Shown in pieces: positions 51,001 to 60,000 of a stretch of DNA of 60,000 bases. This DNA comes from Callorhinchus milii (lineage: Eukaryota). The notes under the pieces are model-generated. The model was not told the origin of the DNA, did no database searches, and saw nothing but the letters and a program-made list of their open reading frames with translations. The stretch is from assembly GCF_018977255.1 (NCBI RefSeq), contig NW_024704742.1, positions 65,226,001 to 65,286,000 on the forward strand. Direction: 5' to 3'. Position 1 is the first letter of the stretch; every line of letters begins with the position of its first letter. The position numbers and the translations under genes were made by a program.

Positions 51001-52007
51001 TGCTCAAGAAATGAAGTAATTAAAGGCTTAATGCCTTCTTCAACTTCCCGTTTTAAAGGATACTGCCTTATTGATGGAAGTCTTTCTCCGTCTTTTATCG
51101 GTATTTTAATAGGCAGAACATTAGTATACCCTAACTGCATTTTGTCCACTGCCCATACTCTACTGTCTATCCCCTGGGGAGATGACCGTGTATGTGAAGC
51201 ATGTTTGTTTAAAATACCAACAACTGGTATTGGTGACCAAAATTCTACTGAGACTGTGTTTTTAACTTGTATTCCACTATTGCATGTGTCTGCCCATAAC
51301 AGAGCATCATGGACCATTATCCCCAAATCTTTAGCGTGGTAACCATCTGCCACAGATAATGTTATGTGTGGTGCAGTTTCATCATCCTGTTTCCATACAT
51401 AATGAGGCACCGTAACTATCAATGCTGATCCTTGACTACCAGTCACTACCCCGTTAATTTCTACCGTCTGTGGAGTCCCTAACATTTGTGAAAAGTACCT
51501 ATCCAACTCTGTATCTGTACCCGATGCATCATAAGCGAGGGTAATGTGTGGTGTGGGCGGCATATTCTGCAACAGAATGTCATGCTCTGTGAAATCTATC
51601 GCCCACCATGAAGCGTGTATGAACTGTGAATACACTGTTGCCGTGTTATTTGCATTAATGCTAATCCTTTCATGATTGCATTCAATACTTAAGTTCAGAC
51701 CGCATAGTAAATCTCTGGCCAAAATGTTTACATCCAAATTAGTGGTGACCACAAAGCAGTGTTCAACAGTAACGTCTCCGTACGTGGTTACCAACGGTAT
51801 TGTGTTAGCATAATTTTGTAGTATTCCAGCAAAACCTGAAAGATTGGTGGTTTTGCCGTTTGTTTTAAAACCGAGTTGTGATTGAATTGACGAACATGTT
51901 GCTCCGGAGTCCACTAAAAATGGAACTTCCCGCCCTTCTACTATGACTGTTAGAATGGGTTCTTTCACAGCAGCATTTGTTAGTAGCAACATGTTTCTAT
52001 CCGCCCG
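48033..52007 (-). pseudogene. pol: ERV pro-pol: protease (DSG at 51911), 2H-like insert, RT (YIDD 50612-50601), RNase H, integrase (HHCC, DDE, GPF); disrupted
   Basis: Motifs FLVDSGA, ILARDLL, YRLVQDLRAIN, LYVDGSS, YTDSRYAFG, SDNGPHF, GLVERAN, WNGPFQV; 1-bp frameshift near 49469, TGA at 49458-49456, second frameshift near 48445, LPQG->LLQG. Confidence 0.95.
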
Positions 52008-52948
52008 TCAATCCTCATGTGGAAAAGGATTGCCGGTGGTGAACTGAGGTCTCTCTCTATTTTGCGGTGGCTGGGGCATTTGCGGCTGTCCGCCGTGGTA
52101 CCAATTATCTTGTCCCCTTTGTCTTTGTGGAAAAGAATTTACTTCGCCAAATGTATACGGCATGGGGGGTCCTCTAGGTTCGTAATTTAGTTGAGGTGGT
52201 TTCGGTACGTATGGTATTTGCCCACGGGGGAAAGGACAATTTTTTTTTAGGTGGCCTGGGTACCCACAATTATAGCAAACATATCCCAGGGGTATTGTAT
52301 ACTCCGTTCCTGCGTTATACCTTTCATAATCTTGTCTATTTTCTGACTCAAACCCACCATTCCCTGATGATGTTTTTTAGCATGGTGCCTGTGTCTGTAG
52401 TGGTGTTGTTTTTCCTCCCTGTTTGTGTATTCCGCCTTTACTTTAATTTCTTTATTTTCTTTTAATTTTTGTTCTAAATTATCTGAAGCTGTCTGATCCC
52501 AATAGTACCGAATTGACCTACCCATTTGAGCCTGCGGGTTTTCCTGCCAATTCATGTTGTTGGTTTTAACCATTTCAGCTACTTTTGCTGGAACTGATTG
52601 TAAAACCAAAGCATTATATTGTGGCGATGGTTGCCCTGCCAAATAAGTTATGTCGTCGGAGAAACTGGCTACCACTGAATTGTTCTTTCTTTTTTCACCT
52701 TCTTCTATCCATTTTTTAATGGCTAACTTAGTTTTTAACCCTTTTCCGCAGCCTCGTTTTTTCCATATTGCATTTTGTATTTTTATTAGTTTTTCCAAAT
52801 CCCAAGTACCTCCTTGAGGCCAACCTTCCAATTGCTTGCTAGCCTGCCCAGACAGTAGTCTGAATTTAGTCTCGTATTCAGGATATAATGTACACATAAT
52901 TTGGACCGGATCCTTTGGGCTATTTGCTTTGTCAAGTACGGTACCCAT
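52008..52948 (-). pseudogene. gag: ERV gag, short (~313 codons) and frameshifted; MA N-terminus (MG..., WPQGGTWD) and CCHC knuckle CYNCGYPGHLKKNC at 52277-52236
   Basis: The knuckle is in a different frame from the ATG ORF; that frame ends at TGA 52010-52008, in frame with pol. Confidence 0.88.
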
Positions 52949-53019
52949 TTTTTAAAAAAGATTTTTACACACCGGTGTATTCCTGTAATTTTGGCTCAAT
53001 AGTTGTCAAAATTGTCTTT

Positions 53020-53525
53020 CTTCATGAATTTCACTAAAACACAACTTATAACACACGATACAACAAATAACAAAACACAAATGAATTACACTAAAACACA
53101 ACTTATAACACTCGATACCACAAGTAACAAAACACAAAATCAATACTATAAAACGTCACTCATTACCCAATCAAATTTTTGAATCGTTCAAAACTACAAA
53201 TACGAATGCGTAATGGATTAGTTTGTCTAGCGATTATCAAATTCTCCCCGGTTTTCGAGCTACAAGTCGTTCAATACTACCATACCATCACGAACACGTA
53301 ATGGATTAGTTTGTCTACGACGAACTCGTATTCTCCCCGTGTTTTCGAGCTACAAATCGTTCAAAACTACCATAACGCTACAACTGTGTAACGGATTAGT
53401 TTGTCTACCGTTGAACTCGTATTACACGTCGTGTGCTTCAAGCTACAAATCGTTCAAAACTACCATACCGCTACAAATGTGTAACGGATTAGTTTGTCTA
53501 CCGATGAACTTGTATTGCACGTCGG
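53020..53525 (-). repeat. Tandem repeats in the ERV leader: 2 x ~58 bp (53024-53140) and ~4 x ~90 bp (53176-53523)
   Basis: Recurrent CACTAAAACACAACTTATAACAC and TCGTTCAAAACTAC...GGATTAGTTTGTCTA blocks (plus strand). Confidence 0.9.
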
Positions 53526-53873
53526 GGAATTCTGTGCCCAAAACAATAATCAGCTAAGACAAATGCGTCAATTGTTTAGTGATTGGTTTGAGTTACACAG
53601 CTTTTAGAAAAACAAATTTATATTTTTTTAGTAACGTTTCCCCAAATATATTTTTCACTTCCAACGGATGTATATTAACGGTTCTGTTACTGGGTCTCAT
53701 CAACAGTTACTTAGGTTCGATAGTCGTGGGTTACATTTGTTAAAAACAACATGTGAGAAACCAAGGTTTTACAGATAATATATCTCACCTTGTTGGCCTG
53801 TTTCTCGGATGCTGTTCTCGACAACTGCTTGACCTCTTATTCGACTCCTCGTTCCTTGATGTAACGTCTTGAG

Positions 53874-53891
53874 ACCCTGCTCGCAGCGCCA
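53874..53891 (-). other. Primer binding site TGGCGCTGCGAGCAGGGT, tRNA-Ser (UGA/CGA type)
   Basis: 18 nt starting TGG, 2 nt after the LTR; nearly complementary to the recalled 3' end of vertebrate tRNA-Ser(UGA) ...ACCCTGCTCGCTGCGCCA. Confidence 0.8.
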
Positions 53892-53893
53892 AA

Positions 53894-54692
53894 TGTTGAG
53901 TTGTAACTCTTTCGTTCGTCCCAACCGTCGTCTTACAACCAGACCATACTTCGTGGAAATATCCAAAGTAAGATTTATTGCAATTGCAAGAGCTGATTCA
54001 AGAGCAGTCAACAGTCTCTAAGAAGAGCACCGGACAGTCAAAAGAATGAGCTGCTTTTGGTCAGTTAAAGCAGCCTTTTTATCCCCAAAAGTGCTCAAGG
54101 TCGTAAAGCATACAAAGGCAATTAAAAAAACTTTTATCAATCATGTAGTTCCAACGACTATTCGAATGGTGACGTCAATCAATCTATATCTGTAGACAAG
54201 GTTAAATGTCATCTACTTAATTAGTATCCATTCATGTTGATTATTATTCTTTAAAATATCAATATAATTGGCATAGAATATGTACCTGATTAATACCGTT
54301 GTCTAAAGTATACAAGATACAATCTAAAGCTATCTAACAAGAATACAACCTTTAAAATTTATAACACAGAGTAAGAAATAACGAGGGAAGGGATCTCAGG
54401 TTAGGGGAGGATTCAGGGACGTTAGAGGCATAAGTTTATCTCCCGATGGTGTTTGTGTCAGACAATGACCTATTCATTTCAAAGTTGCAGAAGTTACTGC
54501 TTCTCTGCTTCCATGGAATGTCCACCCAGATAAGGATGCAGTTGGCATTGCCAAGTCTGAGTTTTCCCAGGACTTGTTTTTTTAATGTTTCAGCTAATGT
54601 TTGACTTAAAAAGGCATAACATTATTTCTAGGTATAAAAGATTTTTCTACAATTTCACTACAATTTCATTACAATTTCACTACAATTTCACA
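53894..54692 (-). repeat. ERV 5' LTR (799 bp)
   Basis: Direct repeat of 45450-46230; followed (minus sense) by PBS; CRE TGACGTCA at 54170-54177; GATAAAAAG TATA-like element and AATAAA on minus strand. Confidence 0.97.
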
Positions 54693-55059
54693 ACTTGATG
54701 GCACATATTGTAGGCACAAATTCACTGCTGTGTTGTCAGGAAAAGACATCTTTATTTTTGACTGGTGAGATAGTGCTGTGGAAAATTTCTGTTGATTGCT
54801 AAAATGTTCTTGTATTCAGTATGATGGATCAACACCATATAGTTCAAACATAAAATAAACTATTTTGTTGTGTTATCATCCCCACAAAAGTATCTGCTGT
54901 CTAGCTTTTCTCAAACTTGTGTAATGACCTTAACTGTGTGCGTCTTCATGGATCACATTTACTGTAATTTTCTTGATCTAATGAAGTATGATGGTACAAA
55001 AAAGAACCTAAAATATTGCCAATTGTTTTTTTTCCCCTAGAAAGTAGTCTGATTATCCG

Positions 55060-55400
55060 TTGTACAAATTTGGGACATCCTCCCGGACAGTCAGCAATTT
55101 GGACATGAGCTGAGGGTTGGGATCGGGAGGGGTGTAGGACAGGGAGGGTAGGAGGGCGGTCGAAGAGGAGAGTCTTGAGATGTACCTTTAAGGAGGGAAG
55201 TGCGGAAGCAAGGCAAAGGACTGTGGAATGGAGTTCCAAATGGTGAGGGCAGAGAAACTGAAGGCCCGCCTGCTCATGGTGGAGAAGGCCGAACTGGTGA
55301 CGTGAAGAGAGCTGAGCGGAGGGAGCGTACAGGTTGATATGGCATTATCAGGTGACAGAGGTAGGAAGGAGCAAGGCTGTGGAGGGCTCTGAAGGCGAGG
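55060..55400 (-). mobile_element. L2 3' fragment
   Basis: LKVHLKTLLFD remnant and tail. Confidence 0.7.
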
Positions 55401-56177
55401 TTTTGCTTCCTTTCATTTTCGATTGTGCAGTTTCAGCTCTAATATCAGTAGCTGGGGCATTATAATAAACCTGTCACCACCAGCTGTTCGGAAAGCACTA
55501 GTAGTGCAGAATACATTGATAAATTTCCTTTGGAGATTAAATAGCTGATTGCTGAGCTCGTCACCCCTTGCAGCCTTTCCATTAGAAATGGCAGCGTTGT
55601 TAATGGATTATTACTAGCATATTAAAGTATGAAATTGACCTAATTTTTTGAGTCGATGAGAATCTTTTTGCATGATTAATATGGTTCTTTTACAGCTTGG
55701 GGATGGGTGGAAGTGACTTATCTGGTTGTGAAGCACAATTTCCTGTCAAACGTTCAAATGTATTGTTATCCATTTTTTTAAAGAATGTGGCTTGGTAAAA
55801 CAGCCTAACCTCATGTGGTGACAAGGCAGATGTACTGTGACCTCGTAAATGTGGAAATATAACCCTCTTGCTTTCATTGTTGAGTGCTTATGCACTAGTT
55901 CAGTCATCAATGCAGTATCCTATATTTGGAATGCTGTATTACTGGATTTATTTCACATCTGCAAATGACTCATAATTAATTTACAGGATTTCTTCCAAAT
56001 CATCCTTAATTCATAGGCTTACTCTCATAGTCTGCCATGACGATTTTGTAATGAATGTTCCGCTGTTTTCTTTTCACTTGAATAATCCCTCGTAAATTCT
56101 GGATCCAGATCTAGAAGTTCTCAGGTTTGACCTCTGATTGAGTTGGCTAATCTCAGCCAGGGACATAATATCATTGT

Positions 56178-56512
56178 TATAATAATAATAATAATAATAA
56201 TCCTTGCATTTGATAAAGCGCTTTTCACGTCGGGAGGACGTCCCAAAGCGCTTCACAGAACACACTGTAAAGTGAATTGACTGTATATTTGTGGGCGAAC
56301 GCGGCAGCCAATTGCGCACAGCAATGTCCCACAAACAGTCATGGATTGAAAATGACCAATTTATTATTGTTTTTGGTTTTGGAGGGATTATTATTAGGCT
56401 CTGTGTGGAGTAAGGAAACTTGCCCAAGGTTTCGCCCTGACCTGCCTGGAATTGAACTCAGGTCTCTCACTTGCAAAGCGAGTGCTCTAACCACTGAGCT
56501 ACAGGACTCCAC
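56178..56512 (-). mobile_element. Young tRNA-derived SINE (short subfamily)
   Basis: Reverse complement of the same family. Confidence 0.92.
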
Positions 56513-57594
56513 AATAGCCTTTTATTATGATAGCCTTTGGGCAAAGGAAGAGAGGATGAAATCAGCTAAGTTTCCCCACACATGATTGTGTGACATAAGA
56601 GTAAGGCACCAAAAGTTATTTGATGTTTGTTTGTTTCACCACTGTTCATATTTCATAGTTTGTGTGTACCAGCTCCTCTGTGGGTAATACTCTCACCTCT
56701 GAGAACCACATTGGGATTTGAACTTCCATAGTCTAGTCTGACACCCCAATGCACTGCTGGGGATGCTCCGCATTGGTGAAGAAGTAATTTTCGGATGAAA
56801 TATTAAACTGAGGTATCGGCTGCCTGTTCAGGTGGATGTTAAAGATCCCATGGCACGATTCGAAAACAGCAGGTAGTTTCTCCCAGTGTCCTGGCCAACA
56901 ACAACAAATCACATTTGTCCTTAAAAACTTTCAACTTGTCCTTAAAAATCTCTCCCATCCAACATGCCCCGGTTCTGATGAAGGGTGGTGGACCCGAAAC
57001 AGTCTCCCAAATAAGTTGGTCATGGCTGTTTTGTGGGGGCAAAGCTGAATGCAATTTAGCTGTTGCATTTGCCTACAAATTATAATTAATACACTTTGCA
57101 GTGTATGCTGTGAAACATTTTGTAACATCCTCCTGACATGAAAGGCCCAATACCAAATGCAAGGATTATTAAACCAAATACAATGTTGATTAGTTTTAAG
57201 AGTATCATTGTTCTTTCATTGAAGGTTTTATGAATTTTATCAATGTTAAAAGTAGAATTTTACTGTACTCTTAAGTAACCATTCAAAAATCTTACCATGA
57301 CTAATAGTTATTAGAAATGCACAGTACACTGCACATATTGTGCCACTTTTACTGTTTTCTGCCTCATTAATTTTAGTGGGACAATTCACAACTAATTCTA
57401 AAGAACCTTGAAACAAAAACCAAATTAAATGTGGTTTAGAACTGAGCTTTTTTTTTACTCTCCCTCTCCACCTCCCTCAGAAAACAGTTTAAAACCTATT
57501 TTAGTAAAATTAAAATCTAATCCCTTAGAAGTTCTGTGGTGACCACCTACGAATATGTAGAGGGCTGTTACTCAGTGGAGCCCAAATTATAAGA

Positions 57595-58522
57595 AGCTCT
57601 ATCTCTGCCTTCACCCTTGCCTCCAGGACCACTGCTGTCCTGACAGAATGTTTGTCAGACATCAAATCCTATGAGACCTAACTTTCTACAGTTGGACGTC
57701 AACAAGACCGAGGCTCTCCTGATTGGTTCCCATCAGGGCCTCCACTCCTCAGTCACTGACAGGATCACCATCCAAAGGTGCATATTCTTACAAATCAGTC
57801 CAGAACCTTGGCGTCTTGTTTGGCTCAAGTATCCTTCTTACCCCATATCCATGCCATGTCCCACTCTACCTTCCCCCACCTCCTCAACATCGCTCAGCTC
57901 TGCCACTGTCTCACGACACAAGCTGAAACCCTTATACTCACATTCATAATATCCAAGCTCAACTACACAAACTCACTGCTTGTCGGCCTCTGCAACCCCT
58001 CCCTCCTTAGGCTGCAGATCATCCAGAACTCTGCATTCTGTGTCCTCTCCTGCACCAGACTCTGTGACCCTATCACCCCCATCCTCTCCAGACTCCACTG
58101 GCTCCCCATCACACAGAGGAAACAGTTCAAGATCCTGGTCCTCACCTTCAAAGCCCTCCATGACCTGTCTCCTCCCTACTTCTGTGAACTCCTAACACCC
58201 TATCAACCTGCCCGCTCCCTCCACTCAGCGTGTTCCGGCCTGCTTCACATCCCCACCTTGCCAGCCCCACCATTGGCGGGTGAGCCTTCAGCCTCTCTAC
58301 CCCCACCCTCTGGAATTCCATCCCACAGTACCTCCACCTCGCCCCCACCGGTCTCAAGACCCTCCTCTTCGACCGTGCCTCGGTCACCCCCCTACCCTCC
58401 CCACCCTCCGCCTTTCCTGATCCCAACCACCAGCTTGAGTGAGGTTCCTTGACTGTCCAGCACCTTTGGACATCCTCCCGATGTGAAAGGTGCTATACAA
58501 ATGTAATTTCTTCTTGTTGTTG
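57595..58522 (+). mobile_element. L2 LINE 3' fragment
   Basis: NFLQLDVNKTE, RLQIIQNSA, LHWLP, FKILVLTFKALH; (TTG)n tail. Confidence 0.9.
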
Positions 58523-60000
58523 ACCACAGAGTGAAATATGCAGAAGAATTAGTATGACTAATTTTGCCTCGGGCACACATTCAGTGAAGACTAGAAAACT
58601 GAGGAACTAGTTTCAAAATTCCCAGGAGAGAATTATTCAGCTTGTGCTTACTGCTGCTCATCTATGGGTGATGGTACAGAAAAAATGAAGCTATGTAGTG
58701 TGATAAACTACTTCAGTGTGACCTATTGTACTGAATGCCGCATAGCCATCATTTGCAACTATTCCTTGTGGTCTTTGAAGATAAGGAATTGAAAGAATCA
58801 AAAGGAAATCAACAAAGTATGTCCATGTCAAATTCTAAATATCTAGAATTGAGAATTAAAACAATAGCAACCAATTTTTTAATGACATTCATTCAAAGAA
58901 CGTTTAATAGTCATCTGCAAAAGCTGCACTGAACTTTTAAATGGTGTATCCTGTGCTTTGATCTTGCATGATTAAGCTAAGTTTATTTTGTTTGATGTCT
59001 TCTGGTTGAATTTCCTGAATATTGTGCTTTCTACCCAATCTTAATTAGGGCACTGCAGATATTTTGGTCTAGTGTATCAAATTAGAGTTGCATTTGGCTG
59101 ACTTTTTGGGGGGGACCGTGAAGAGGTTAATGCTCCTCTATATTTGTGCTATATATAGTTTTTGTTCCATTCCAGCTATATCTAGGACAGCTCCTTATAT
59201 AAAGACGGGAGACCGAAGCTGCATTATCAAAAGCTGCGTTTATCATTGGAGTACTTGTGCAGTATGATACCAGGGGATCTAATGATCGTTTTTCTCCTCG
59301 ATTGACCTAAAAGCTGAACCCAGCATTTGTACAACAATTTGCATTTATAGTGCCCTTCACATGGGTGAAGTCTCGGATTGGTGCACAGATTCCAGAATTC
59401 TATGCAGACTCCATTTCTGTACACTGTTGGATAGCTGTTGTTTTCAAATTGGAAAGTTATTCAGATAAAGCTGTTAATTTTATGTTTTAAAATGTTTTAA
59501 GTTCATACTTAGTTCATACTTGTTTCTGAATATAAGACTTCAAGATTGTTAGGTTCATGCACCTAAATTGGATGGTGTGATATTGAAAATTTATAAGGGA
59601 TTAAAGGTGATTTGGAATGTTATATTTCTTTTATTGACATTATTTTATAGAAAATCACTTTCATTCATTTTTAGAACATTATGTAAGAAATCTACAAAAC
59701 AAGCAATATTCAGATTGAAAAGATATTCTGATGAAAATGCTTTCTGCCCATTTGAACTAGTTCTACTAAAATACCAGCCATACCTTATTTGCTTTATAGC
59801 ATTGGTAGATCGCTTTCGGGGGTCATAATTGGGGTACATAGTCAATTCACTTTGCAATATATTCTGTGAAGTGCTTTGAGCCATTCTCAACAAAGTGATA
59901 AGACGGTATATCAAATGCAAGTATTATTCTTATCAAGTAATTGCTTTAAATGAATTCAGCCTCCTTCTTGTACACACACTTCTGGGACTTATTCCAGTTG

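Larger units (their letters stand above)
45450..54692 (-). mobile_element. Full-length endogenous retrovirus (LTR-gag-pro-pol-env-LTR), gamma/epsilon-type, antisense in ZFYVE28 intron 1
   Basis: Two TG...CA LTRs, TSD ACTT at 45446-45449 and 54693-54696, PBS, PPT and all retroviral domains present. Confidence 0.97.

Noticed and set aside
53176..53523. Regularly spaced repeats resembling a CRISPR array
   Set aside because: Whole ~90-bp units are homologous (no unique spacers); eukaryotic ERV leader; no cas genes
36451..60000. ZFYVE28 exon 2 (RSDPQLLA..FYYADEELN)
   Set aside because: Not found by eye; presumably beyond the right edge

Overview
Vertebrate genomic DNA, most likely a cartilaginous fish (holocephalan/chimaera-like, judged from the SINE/CR1/L2 repertoire). 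It contains the head-to-head gene pair CFAP99 (minus strand; five coding exons 23796->10559, 214 codons, continuing off the left edge) and ZFYVE28/LST2 (plus strand; only coding exon 1, MNRFRKWLYKPK, 36415-36450), the same arrangement as in human. They share a CpG-island bidirectional promoter with ZNF143, NRF1, RFX X-box and BANP-like motifs. ZFYVE28 intron 1 holds a full-length 9.24 kb endogenous retrovirus (45450-54692, minus strand; gamma/epsilon-type). It has near-identical LTRs, a 4-bp TSD (ACTT), a tRNA-Ser PBS, a repeat-containing leader, a shortened and broken gag, a UGA gag-pol junction, a disrupted pol and an intact 599-aa env. The most striking feature is a ~140-aa insert between protease and RT carrying two PHITL (HxT) motifs, a candidate 2H phosphoesterase. 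The rest is dense with L2 and CR1 LINE fragments, two tRNA-derived SINE families, and hAT and pogo/Tigger-like MITEs. Repeat boundaries are approximate; family and gene assignments are by recognition, not by database search.
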